From an uncultured delta proteobacterium (GTDB lineage Bacteria > Desulfobacterota > Desulfobacteria > Desulfobacterales > B30-G6), in contig CAWGLD010000001.1 of the NCBI GenBank assembly GCA_963823335.1, positions 1,856,001 to 1,920,000 of the forward strand: a DNA stretch of 64,000 nucleotides, written 5' to 3'. The position numbers and the translations under genes were made by a program. Below the pieces are notes generated by a model, which did no database searches, had not been told where the DNA came from, and saw only the letters and a list, made by a program, of their open reading frames with translations. Positions 1 through 8,875 of the stretch are shown one piece after another. Numbering within the stretch: the stretch's first letter is position 1; each line of letters opens with the position of its first letter.

Positions 1-629
1 AGATCGATATTGGCGACCCGGACCCGTTTCAGGGCGGTAACACGATTGCCTGTTTTTTTGACCATGCGGCGAATCTGTCTGTTCCGGCCTTCTTTGAGCT
101 GGATCAGAAAACGATTGCCGGAAAGCCGTTTGACCATGGCGGGTCGGGTCTTGCTTCCCAGGATGGTGACACCTGTTTCCAGCTTTTTCAGGACACTGTC
201 GGATATCGGGGCCGCAACAGTCACGATGTATTCTTTTTCGTGATCAAAGGAGGGGTGCAGCAGATGGTGGTGGAGATTTCCATCATTGGTCATGAGCAGG
301 AGTCCGGTGGAGTCCTTGTCAAGACGCCCCACCGGAAAAATACGCTCTGGAATGTCCACCAGGTCCACGACGATCTTTTCGTTTTTCTGGTTGCAGGTGG
401 TGACATACGATCTAGGTTTGTTTAGGGCAATGTATATCGGGGTCTGTCTTGCGGTCAGCAGCTGTCCACTGACATCGATCCTGTCTTTTTCAGGATCGAT
501 CTTGGTGCCGAGCTCGGTTATGACCTGCCCGTTGACGCGCACCTTTCCTTCCTGGATATATACTTCCCCCTGTCTGCGCGAACAGTATCCAGCCGAAGAT
601 AGAAACTTTTGAAGTCTGACAAGGGGCAT
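1..629 (-). CDS. RsuA/RluB/RluF-family pseudouridine synthase (3' end runs off the window)
   Basis: Manual translation from ATG at 629 gives MPLVRLQKFLSSAGYCSRRQGE (S4 domain), LNKP, the catalytic motif PVGRLDKDSTGLLLMTNDG and LKEGRNRQIRRM. Not in the ORF track because it is truncated. Confidence 0.9.
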   Translation of the reverse strand, partial: MPLVRLQKFLSSAGYCSRRQGEVYIQEGKVRVNGQVITELGTKIDPEKDRIDVSGQLLTARQTPIYIALNKPRSYVTTCNQKNEKIVVDLVDIPERIFPVGRLDKDSTGLLLMTNDGNLHHHLLHPSFDHEKEYIVTVAAPISDSVLKKLETGVTILGSKTRPAMVKRLSGNRFLIQLKEGRNRQIRRMVKKTGNRVTALKRVRVANID

Positions 630-938
630 CTTAGGATTCGGATCCTTTTTTTCTTAGTATGCTATTAATTGAGTCCTCGATATAAATTCCTATCAATAGT
701 GGGAATAGGGTTCGAGGGTCCATGGATTCAAGGGTGGCTAAAAGCTGTAAGCGTTTAGCCTTAAGCCACTTATTGCTTACAGAATACAGCTCATCATTCG
801 GGTTTCTCCATAAGATAGAGCGAAATGGGATTATTCATTTTGCATTTTCTGAATCCCGAAAGTTGAGTTACAGCTTACTGCTGAAATCCACACCCAATAC
901 CAAACACTAAATACAAAACACGTCCAAGGTTTTTACAA

Positions 939-977
939 CTCCTGAGACAGCATCGCAAAGGGATGCTATCTCAGGAG
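939..977 (-). terminator. 16-bp inverted repeat overlapping the argJ stop; probable terminator or stabiliser hairpin
   Basis: CTCCTGAGACAGCATC-7nt-GATGCTATCTCAGGAG (one G-U type mismatch). Confidence 0.5.
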
Positions 978-2155
978 CGATAGTCTGCGTTGATCTTTAT
1001 GTAGTCAAGGGAAAAATCACATGTGAGAACGGAAGCCGACCCCGCACCCATGTTCAAATCGACGACAATGGTGAACTCGGGTTTTTTTAGCACCTGGGTT
1101 GCCAGATTTTCCGCCTCCGGACCACAGCTCATGCTGTTGCGGGTCATTTGCACCTGGTTGAAATAGATATCGATACTGTCCGGGTCGATGGGGACCTGGG
1201 CCCTTCCGGCAGCGGCGATGAGTCGGCCCCAGTTGGCATCTTCCCCGAAAAGGGCTGTCTTGACCAGGGGCGAGGTGGAGATCGTATGGGCTATGGCACG
1301 GGCATCCTGGTGAGACATGGCCCCTTTGACGAGGATGTCCACACATTTGGTTACGCCTTCACCATCTTTGACGAGACTTTTGGCCAGACTGTTGAGAATC
1401 TGTTCCAGCAGGTGCTGAAAGTCGCCGGTCTGGTCCATGGTGTCCATGGACACATTGGATTGCCCATTGGCCAGTATCAACGCCATGTCGTTGGTGCTGG
1501 TGTCGCCATCGATGCAAATCCTGTTGAGAGTTTTGTCAACAGCCCCTGTGAGTAATTCTTTCAACAAGTGATGCGGTATGAATACGTCGGTACAGATAAA
1601 ACAGAGCATGGTGGCCATATCGGGCGCAATCATGCCCGAGCCCTTGGCCATACCAACCAGGTTGTATGCCCGGTCGCCAACGTGACCCTGGCAATGCTCC
1701 AGCTTCGGGATGGTATCGGTTGTCATGATGGCCCTGGCAAAATCCATGAAACCATCCGGTTTTAAGGCCGCGATGAGACTTGGCACAGCGTTTTCTATTT
1801 TTTTCAGGGGCAGGCGTTTGCCGATGACGCCTGTGGATGCCACCAGGACATCATTTTCCATCAACCCCAGCCCCCTGGCAGCTGCGCCGGCCATGTCCAG
1901 GGCGTCTTGAAAACCGGCCTTGCCATTGCAGCAATTGGCATTGCCGCTATTGACGATGATGGCGTTCGATAGACCTGACTGGGTTCGTTTTTGAGTAATA
2001 AGCACCGGCGCCGCCCTGATCCTGTTTTGAGTAAAGACGCCGGCCGAGCTAGCCGGTGATTCCGAATAAATGAGTCCCAGGTCCCTGTTTCCGTTTTGTT
2101 TCAGCCCGGAATGGACACCTGCCGCCTGAAACCCCTTACATCTGATTGTCGTCAT
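971..2155 (-). CDS. argJ: bifunctional ornithine acetyltransferase / N-acetylglutamate synthase
   Basis: Motifs KGSGMIAPDMATML (autocleavage Thr), DGDTSTND, LVKDGEG, GEDANWGR and C-terminal INADYRS. Confidence 0.97.
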   Translation of the reverse strand: MTTIRCKGFQAAGVHSGLKQNGNRDLGLIYSESPASSAGVFTQNRIRAAPVLITQKRTQSGLSNAIIVNSGNANCCNGKAGFQDALDMAGAAARGLGLMENDVLVASTGVIGKRLPLKKIENAVPSLIAALKPDGFMDFARAIMTTDTIPKLEHCQGHVGDRAYNLVGMAKGSGMIAPDMATMLCFICTDVFIPHHLLKELLTGAVDKTLNRICIDGDTSTNDMALILANGQSNVSMDTMDQTGDFQHLLEQILNSLAKSLVKDGEGVTKCVDILVKGAMSHQDARAIAHTISTSPLVKTALFGEDANWGRLIAAAGRAQVPIDPDSIDIYFNQVQMTRNSMSCGPEAENLATQVLKKPEFTIVVDLNMGAGSASVLTCDFSLDYIKINADYRS

Positions 2156-2505
2156 GGGATACTTCTTTCTAATTAATAATTATTGGCATTGCGAGATAAT
2201 CGGTTAAATATTTATTTTGACATTATCATGTCTGAAAATCAATAACCGAAACAGAGCATGACTACTTTCAGGAATGACCGGCAGGCTGCCGAAGCAGACC
2301 GCCGGCACGGGCCGAGATATTTTCAAGCGCTGGTTCGATTTGACAGAACCCCTATTATGACCTATAAGTCAAGCTTCAATCGGGTTTGTTGGGTTTTAGC
2401 TTTAAGCGGTAAGCTATAAGCAGTAGGCTGCTAATAGTCTACAGCCTATGGCCTGTCCCTTTGGACCCTGTTTTTTAGGTTCCGACCCGAAGAAAGTGGT
2501 GAAAT

Positions 2506-2688
2506 ATGCGCGAACTAAATAGTGTATGTCCGGATTGTGGTGTGCGGCTCGACATTTTCAAGACATGACGTCAGATTCGTTTGCGCTGCAGGTCCTGCGG
2601 CAAGCTTTACCCGGTTGAACGGTATCTTGGAGGCAGCGACGATGCCCTGGATGAGCTGTTGGCTGATGTCCGCTGTGACAGGTTATAA
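2506..2688 (+). CDS. small dual-CXXC selenoprotein (60 aa, Sec at UGA 2566-2568)
   Basis: Reads MRELNSVCPDCGVRLDIFKT-U-RQIRLRCRSCGKLYPVERYLGGSDDALDELLADVRCDRL*. Has CxxC..U..CxxC..CDRL, a SECIS-like hairpin just downstream of the UGA, and ends 3 nt before the next ATG. Confidence 0.85.
2585..2601 (+). promoter_or_regulatory. putative bacterial SECIS element
   Basis: GCTGCAG-GTC-CTGCGGC hairpin with its loop about 23 nt after the UGA; resembles the E. coli fdhF SECIS apex UGCAGGUCUGCA. Confidence 0.75.
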
Positions 2689-2691
2689 GCC

Positions 2692-3609
2692 ATGACCTTG
2701 GTACTTTCGAGCCTGTTCCCCGTTTTTTTCCTTCTTTTGATCGGCAGTTTGCTGAAGCGGCTGAAACTGACCAACGAGATGTTTTTGAAACTCTCTGACA
2801 GGCTGGTTTATTTTATTTTTTTCCCGGTACTGCTTTTCTGGAAAATCGGGGGTGCGGAAGTCGGTCGTTTTGTGAACTGGAAATTGTGCCTCGCCGCCAT
2901 CGTATCGATTGCCATAACCTATGTCATCAGCGCCCTGGCGTTGAAAATTTTCAACATACCTGATCACAAGGCCGGCTCTTTTTCTCAAAGCTGTTACCGG
3001 TTCAATACCTATATCGGTATGGCGATTGTTTTTTATGCCTTCGGCGAAGAGGGTATCAAGCATTTTGGTCTTCTGATCGGGTTTGCCATTCCCTTTATCA
3101 ATATATTGGCCGTGTCCACGCTGATCTGGTATTCTGGAAAGACCACCTCCTCAGGACATCGCCTGGGGATCTTTTTCAAGGAGATATGCACGAATCCCCT
3201 GGTACTTTCCTGTGCAGCAGGTTTGGCATATTCCAGGATGATCGGTTCTTTTCCGGCTTTTATCGACAACACCTTTCGTCTCATGTCGGCAGCCGCCCTG
3301 CCACTCGCTCTCATCTCCATCGGAGGAGCACTGACCATGAAGGGATTGCGGGGCAATCTCGGTATTTCAACTATTGGGTCGATTATTAAATTATTGTTCC
3401 TGCCCCTGGTGGGTTTTTTTGTCTTGAGGGAGCTTCAGGTCATTGGGCTGCCGTTTAAGGTGGGAATGATATTTTTCATGTTGCCGACGTCTGCATCGAT
3501 TTATGTCCTCTCCTCCCAGCTCAACAGTGACACGGAGCTGGCATCAGCCGCCATTGTTCTTTCGACGATACTCTCCTTTTTTTCTCTTTCCGTAGGACTG
3601 ATGCTTTGA
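2692..3609 (+). CDS. AEC (auxin efflux carrier / membrane transport) family permease
   Basis: About 10 TM segments; RLVYFIFFPVLLF, RFNTYIG, ALPLALISIG and PTSASIYVL match the AEC duplicated-helix pattern. Confidence 0.85.
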   Translation: MTLVLSSLFPVFFLLLIGSLLKRLKLTNEMFLKLSDRLVYFIFFPVLLFWKIGGAEVGRFVNWKLCLAAIVSIAITYVISALALKIFNIPDHKAGSFSQSCYRFNTYIGMAIVFYAFGEEGIKHFGLLIGFAIPFINILAVSTLIWYSGKTTSSGHRLGIFFKEICTNPLVLSCAAGLAYSRMIGSFPAFIDNTFRLMSAAALPLALISIGGALTMKGLRGNLGISTIGSIIKLLFLPLVGFFVLRELQVIGLPFKVGMIFFMLPTSASIYVLSSQLNSDTELASAAIVLSTILSFFSLSVGLML

Positions 3610-3626
3610 AGTTGAAGGAAAGCAGC

Positions 3627-4364
3627 ATGCAAACATTCAAGTTGATTTTGGAATATGACGGCACCGCGTATCATGGCTGGCAGCGTCAGAAGGCGGATCG
3701 GACCATTCAGGAAGAGATCGAAAAAGCGCTGGCGACCATGACGGGAAAAGTCATCTGTCTGGCAGGATCCGGGAGAACGGATGCCGGTGTGCATGCCATT
3801 GGTCAGACGGCCAGTTTCAGCAGTGATGCCGGTCTTAGCCCGGACATATACCTCAAGGGTCTCAACAGTCTGCTCCCGAACGATATTCTCGTCAAGGTCT
3901 GTGAATTGATGGACCCGGAATTTCATGCCAGGTACAATGCCCGGAGTAAGATGTATCAATACCGCATATTGAATCGTGACATGCCATTCGTCATGGAAAG
4001 ATATTATGTCTGGCACATCCGGCAACACCTGAACGTGGAGGCCATGCGGGAAGCCACATCATTTTTTGTGGGCGAACATGATTTCAAGGCCTTCGAAGGG
4101 ACCGGAAGTCCCCGTACCAGCACGGTTCGACATGTCATTCAGGCCGGGATAAGGGCAACAGGGGGTGGTAAAATCCTGTTCGATATCGAGGCGGACGGTT
4201 TTCTGCGATATATGGTTCGCAATATCCTTGGCACACTGGTTGATGTGGGCAAGGGTCGCATCTCCGGGGAAGATGTGAAGAGAATTCTCCTTTCCAGAGA
4301 CAGGAGCCAGGCAGGTGCCACGGCGCCCCCCAGGGGGTTGTTTCTGATGCAGGTGAATTATTAG
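3627..4364 (+). CDS. truA: tRNA pseudouridine(38-40) synthase
   Basis: EYDGTAYHGWQRQ, GSGRTDAGVHA, FHARY, GFLRYMVRNI, TAPPRGLFL; start taken at ATG 3627. Confidence 0.97.
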   Translation: MQTFKLILEYDGTAYHGWQRQKADRTIQEEIEKALATMTGKVICLAGSGRTDAGVHAIGQTASFSSDAGLSPDIYLKGLNSLLPNDILVKVCELMDPEFHARYNARSKMYQYRILNRDMPFVMERYYVWHIRQHLNVEAMREATSFFVGEHDFKAFEGTGSPRTSTVRHVIQAGIRATGGGKILFDIEADGFLRYMVRNILGTLVDVGKGRISGEDVKRILLSRDRSQAGATAPPRGLFLMQVNY

Positions 4365-4452
4365 GCTTCGAGGAATTCTTTGCTTTAAAAAAAAGCTTTG
4401 CTGTCATTTACTTCGTGTCATTCATTGTGGCTGTCAGCTTTGAGCAACAATT

Positions 4453-4560
4453 AATGACGCGCGTAGCGCAAATATCGTCCGAAGGACTAATAACGCACGA
4501 CGTGCGAATGACAGCCGAAGGCAGAATGTCGCGCGTAGCGCAAATGTCGTCCAAAGGACA
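4453..4560. repeat. six-unit tandem array with an 18-nt period, each unit AATRWC plus a triloop mini-hairpin
   Basis: Units: aatgacGCGCgtaGCGCa, aatatcGTCCgaaGGACt, aataacGCACgacGTGCg, aatgacaGCCgaaGGCag, aatgtcGCGCgtaGCGCa, aatgtcGTCCaaaGGACa. Confidence 0.9.
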
Positions 4561-4568
4561 AATGATCA

Positions 4569-5885
4569 TCAATCACCTTCCTCAAGATCATGCACGCCCT
4601 GGAGAACAATATCGAAAAGCTCCTGGATATCGGTTTCTTCCAGGCATGAAAAGGCCACTCTCAGGTTATCCTCGCCGATGGAGATCAGACCTACACCGTA
4701 GGTTTCCAGCAGGTGGACCCGCAGTTTCTCCGCATTGACAGATTTGAGCCGGATACACATGAAATATCCTGAATTGAATGGATAGACATCCCAGGCATCC
4801 TGGTATTTGGGGTCGGAAAGTACCTTCTTGACCGTGTTGGCTCTTTTCTTCAAGATAATGAATTTGTCCTGCTTTTCGGTGCTGAAGTTTTCATTCCGGA
4901 TCGATTTCAGTACAATGGACTGCCCCAGATGAGATGCGTTGGAGATATTCCCTCGGATACATCCTGCGGTTTTTTTCTCCAGGGCATCATAGACGGCGGC
5001 AGGATCGGTTTTTGCCTGAAGACCATAGGTAACGAACCCGACCCTGAGACCCCAGGCAAAGTTTTCCTTGGTACACCCGTCCAGTTTGACGGCCAGTAAA
5101 CGCGGATCCTGGCCGCAAAGTCTGGCAAAGAGGGATTCCTTGAGTGTTTCAGGCTCGTAGAACAGCCCGAAGTAGGCATCATCCATGACAGCCAGAACAT
5201 GATTGCCGGACCTGGCAATATCGGTCAGGATGGTGACAATCTGATCCCCTTCCTGTTGTGTGGCGGTGTATCCGGTTGGATTGTGAGGAAAATTCAAAAG
5301 GACGGTTATTTTTTTATTTTTTCGGGCCTCATCCTTGACGGCTTCTTCAAAAGCCTTGACGTTAAAAGACCCCGACGAAGTAAAAATTGGGTACGAACGA
5401 ATCCTGGCTGATTTTCTCAGGCCCAGGATCATGTTGTAATTCCCCCACAGCATGTCCGGCAGGATGACCACATCACCGGGATCGATCCATACATCCGCAA
5501 ACACACTGATGCCATGGGTAATGCCGCATGAAACCACCGGAAGGCTGATGGCTTTGCCTGCCAGGGATTGGTTTTTCTCAAACAGGGATGCCTGCCAGGC
5601 CTTGCGCAGGGCTGGTATGCCAAAAGAGGGCGCATAGGTCAGAGATGCTCTGGGCGGGATATCCTTGATGGACTCTTTGACGGACTCAAAACACATGATG
5701 TCACCGGCTTCCGTTGCAATGCCGATGGTGGCATTCAGCTTGTGGGCTTTTTCTCTGGCTTCGGCACTTTGACTCAGAATACCCTTCGGGAAAAAGAGCT
5801 GCCTGCCCATGGCTGACAGCATTTCCATCAGATGGGGATTTTGGCTCTGGATGACCTGATTCAACTCCTGGGCAATGGGATTCAT
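4569..5885 (-). CDS. PLP-dependent aminotransferase class I/II
   Basis: NFPHNPTG, DDAY, DGCTKENFAWGLRVGF (PLP lysine) and LRVAFS. Confidence 0.9.
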   Translation of the reverse strand: MNPIAQELNQVIQSQNPHLMEMLSAMGRQLFFPKGILSQSAEAREKAHKLNATIGIATEAGDIMCFESVKESIKDIPPRASLTYAPSFGIPALRKAWQASLFEKNQSLAGKAISLPVVSCGITHGISVFADVWIDPGDVVILPDMLWGNYNMILGLRKSARIRSYPIFTSSGSFNVKAFEEAVKDEARKNKKITVLLNFPHNPTGYTATQQEGDQIVTILTDIARSGNHVLAVMDDAYFGLFYEPETLKESLFARLCGQDPRLLAVKLDGCTKENFAWGLRVGFVTYGLQAKTDPAAVYDALEKKTAGCIRGNISNASHLGQSIVLKSIRNENFSTEKQDKFIILKKRANTVKKVLSDPKYQDAWDVYPFNSGYFMCIRLKSVNAEKLRVHLLETYGVGLISIGEDNLRVAFSCLEETDIQELFDIVLQGVHDLEEGD

Positions 5886-5962
5886 TGGACAACCTCCGTA
5901 TTCTCAAATCAGTTCTTTTTGGATGTTCATACAAGTTGGTCTGGAAGCATGTCAAGAGAGAT

Positions 5963-5997
5963 AAAAAAAACCCCGCTGTGAAAACAGAGCGGGGTTT
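5963..5997 (-). terminator. Rho-independent terminator after the Cys-rich small gene
   Basis: AAACCCCGCT...AGCGGGGTTT stem followed on the minus strand by a U8 run. Confidence 0.8.
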
Positions 5998-6018
5998 GCA
6001 ATAAAATCGTGGGCGAGA

Positions 6019-6297
6019 TTACTTTCTGGCTCTTTTGGAAGCTTTGAGCGGATTGATTTTCTGTTTGGTGCCTGCTTTTTCCATGGTGATATGAGAGGCC
6101 AGATTACAGTTACCATTTTTCCATTTCAGCGACGGCTCGGGGCATGCCGTGCAATACCAGCCGTCTGAAAATTCTTGTACGCGATTACATCCATTGCAGG
6201 TCTCAACGGTTTCATGGCAAAGCCCACCGTTGTAAGAACAGCCTTTTGCGGTCATAAATGTGCACTCGGCACCGTTTCTAATTGTTGTACAAATCAT
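6019..6297 (-). CDS. small cysteine-rich protein (PxxKW-type, deltaproteobacterial)
   Basis: 92 aa with 9 Cys, PSLKW motif and C-terminal KINPLKASKR; SD GGGGGAG upstream of ATG 6297. Confidence 0.8.
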   Translation of the reverse strand: MICTTIRNGAECTFMTAKGCSYNGGLCHETVETCNGCNRVQEFSDGWYCTACPEPSLKWKNGNCNLASHITMEKAGTKQKINPLKASKRARK

Positions 6298-6632
6298 TGG
6301 AATAACTCCCCCTTTTAGTTGGATTATCAAGTAGTTAGTGTTTTTTATTTCGTTTGGAATAGATGCGGATATACCTAGCTGTTAGACTCCAAAACACTCT
6401 CGTAAAAAGTAGCTTTTCTGGCTTTTTGCGAGACCATCAATAAAAAAGGCCCGAGAAAAGATACCCCGGCCCGATTAAGGTCCTAAAGAAAATTAGGGCT
6501 GAACATAGTCAGGGAAAAAGGGTTTGTCAAATGATTTCTTGATTTTTTGAGCTAAAAAATGCATTTTGCAGTTGCATGATATCCTTGGGAAAAGCAACTA
6601 TCGGTTTGATATCGAAAAAGGAGTGGACATCC

Positions 6633-7958
6633 GTGAAATACGAGGACATAAACAACCGAATCCCGACACTTGGACGCGCAAGTATTCCATCTCCGGTCAA
6701 GAGAGATCCGGACATCGGTGGCAGCGAAGGTTTTGTGACAGACAAGCAGGGAGTGATGATCGATGTCACCTTGAGCGGTTTCATGAATGCATTGAAAACC
6801 GGTACGCCCGGCGCCCATTTCGAGCTGGCAGGCCCCAGGGAGAACATTTATTTCGACCCCAGCAAATTACGCTGTGGTATCGTTACCTGCGGCGGACTCT
6901 GTCCCGGTCTCAACGACATCATTCGGGCGGTGGTGCTGGAACTCTATTTTGGTTACGGTGTCACCAATATCTACGGATTTCGTTACGGGCTGCAGGGATT
7001 TATCCCGAAATACGGTCATGAGATCATCGAACTCACCCCGAAGTTTGTGGTCAACATTCTCGAGATGGGCGGTTCCGTTCTTGGTTCATCAAGAGGACCC
7101 CAGGATATTGAAGAAATCGTCGACAGTCTGGAAAGATCGAATATCGGTATTCTATTCATGGTCGGGGGGGACGGCACCCTCCGGGCGGCCACCCGTATTG
7201 GCGATACAGTTCTTTCTCGCGGGCTGAAGATCAGCATCGTGGGCATCCCCAAGACAATCGACAACGACATCCACATGGTGGCCCGGTCATTTGGATTCGA
7301 TACTGCTGTGGATGTGGCCTCAAAGGCCGTAAAAAGCGCCCACAGCGAGGCCCTGGGCTATCCGGATGGTATCGGCCTGATCAAGCTCATGGGGCGCTAT
7401 TCAGGCTTCATTGCTGCAACCGCCGTTCTGGCACAGCAGGATGTCAATTTCGTGTTGATACCCGAGGTTGATTTTGATCTTGACGGACCAAAAGGACTGC
7501 TGGCAAGCGTTGAAAAGCGTCTCAAGGAGAGGCGGCACGCCGTGATTGTGGTGGCTGAAGGGGCGGGTCAAAAATATTTTCAAGCAAATCCGAATGAACA
7601 GGATGAATCCGGAAATGTGCGCCTGAAGGATATCGGTATTTATCTGAAAGAAGCCCTGACAACCTATTTTGGACAAAAAAATATCGATATTTCTCTGAAA
7701 TATATCGATCCCAGTTACACCATCCGAAGTCTCCCGGCCAATGCCAATGACCATGTTTTCTGTTCTTTCCTGGGAAGGGATGCCGTGCATGCGGGCATGG
7801 CCGGTAAAACAAAGGTGCTTATCGGGTATTGGAACTACACCTTTGTACACATTCCCATGGAAGCCTCTTCGGTGAAACGGAAACAAGTGGACCCCAACGG
7901 AAAGCTCTGGCGCAGTGTCCTGGATGCGACGGGGCAGGGCTCCTTAAAAAACCCCTGA
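6633..7958 (+). CDS. pfkA: ATP-dependent 6-phosphofructokinase (long / group X type)
   Basis: TCGGLCPGLN, GGDGT (ATP-type), PKTIDND, KLMGR, KYIDPSY; GTG start at 6633 after AAGGAG. Confidence 0.9.
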   Translation: MKYEDINNRIPTLGRASIPSPVKRDPDIGGSEGFVTDKQGVMIDVTLSGFMNALKTGTPGAHFELAGPRENIYFDPSKLRCGIVTCGGLCPGLNDIIRAVVLELYFGYGVTNIYGFRYGLQGFIPKYGHEIIELTPKFVVNILEMGGSVLGSSRGPQDIEEIVDSLERSNIGILFMVGGDGTLRAATRIGDTVLSRGLKISIVGIPKTIDNDIHMVARSFGFDTAVDVASKAVKSAHSEALGYPDGIGLIKLMGRYSGFIAATAVLAQQDVNFVLIPEVDFDLDGPKGLLASVEKRLKERRHAVIVVAEGAGQKYFQANPNEQDESGNVRLKDIGIYLKEALTTYFGQKNIDISLKYIDPSYTIRSLPANANDHVFCSFLGRDAVHAGMAGKTKVLIGYWNYTFVHIPMEASSVKRKQVDPNGKLWRSVLDATGQGSLKNP

Positions 7959-8153
7959 AATACCAGAATTGGAATGTTCAAAACAAACACGTATAACCTT
8001 CAAGCCCATGGACACTGTTTGGGTCATTTGAGTATTTGATGGTTGGATTTGTTTGGTATTTCGATATTCGAATTTAGAATTTATTACAACCGGATATGAT
8101 CCAAGAAACCCTTTCAGGGTTTAATCCGTTCCGGACCCTTTGGACTCGGGTAT

Positions 8154-8669
8154 CTATGTTTTAGAGGATTTGCAGTCGTCCGGCTCTTTGCGGCATTTTT
8201 TTTCCTTGGATTTTTCTGCCAGCCGGACCTTTCTTCTATCCCCAGCTTCCCTGTTGCGCCGCTTTTCTTCCTCGGTGACCAGTATCAGCGGAGGGATCCG
8301 GGTAGGTTTGTTGTTCTGGTCCAGGGCCACGAAGGTGAGGTAGGCCGAGGCGGTGTGACGGGTATTTCCGGTGACGATATCCTCAGCCTCGACCCGGACG
8401 CCGATTTCCATGGACGTCCTTCCCACCATGTTGATGCTGGCCTTGATGGTGAGGAGGTTGCCGATATATGCGGGGTGGTGAAAATCCATGCGGTCGATGG
8501 AGGCCGTGACCGCGGCGCAGCCCGAGTGCTTCACCGCCACAACACTGGCGGCATCGTCAATATTTTTCATGACCACTCCGCCATGGGTAATACCGGCAAG
8601 GTTTGCATCCTGGGGTTGCAAGATGTGTCTCAGAATGACACTGCTGTTATTGACTGTTTTTCCGTCCAT
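8154..8669 (-). CDS. acyl-CoA thioesterase (hot-dog fold, YciA-like)
   Basis: PQDANLAGITHGG, VTASID, VGRTSMEIGVRV, AYLTFVALD. Confidence 0.92.
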   Translation of the reverse strand: MDGKTVNNSSVILRHILQPQDANLAGITHGGVVMKNIDDAASVVAVKHSGCAAVTASIDRMDFHHPAYIGNLLTIKASINMVGRTSMEIGVRVEAEDIVTGNTRHTASAYLTFVALDQNNKPTRIPPLILVTEEEKRRNREAGDRRKVRLAEKSKEKKCRKEPDDCKSSKT

Positions 8670-8671
8670 AA

Positions 8672-8713
8672 ATAAATTCGTTCCACGAATTTATAGAACG
8701 CGACGTTGTCACT
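8672..8713 (-). repeat. 42-nt double-hairpin REP-like element, copy 1 (reverse orientation)
   Basis: ATAAATTCG-N5-CGAATTTAT plus a GC hairpin; same layout as the copies at 8834, 17939, 23859, 26704, 30076, 34086 and 35723. Confidence 0.8.
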
Positions 8714-8833
8714 TCTATTGTTTCCACCCAGACAATTCAGGAGAATCAGAAAAAATTCGACGGGCTCCCTTCGGTCTGAGTTCAGGGTTGAAGGCAGTTG
8801 CGTTCATAGTGAGATATAACCAAGTATCAAAAA

Positions 8834-8875
8834 AGCGGCGAAGCCGCGTCATATAAATTCGCCATGCGAATTTAT
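8834..8875 (+). repeat. 42-nt double-hairpin REP-like element, copy 2
   Basis: AGCGGCGAAGCCGC-gtcat-ATAAATTCG-ccatg-CGAATTTAT; contains the trxB stop codon. Confidence 0.85.

Noticed and set aside
4453-4560. CRISPR array
   Set aside because: The period is only 18 nt, the variable parts are self-complementary and recur, and there are no cas genes.
4415-4738. 107-aa ORF with an internal repeat (MTRVAQISSEG/MSRVAQMSSKG)
   Set aside because: The repeat is only the translation of the 18-nt hairpin array, and the ORF overlaps the aminotransferase antisense.
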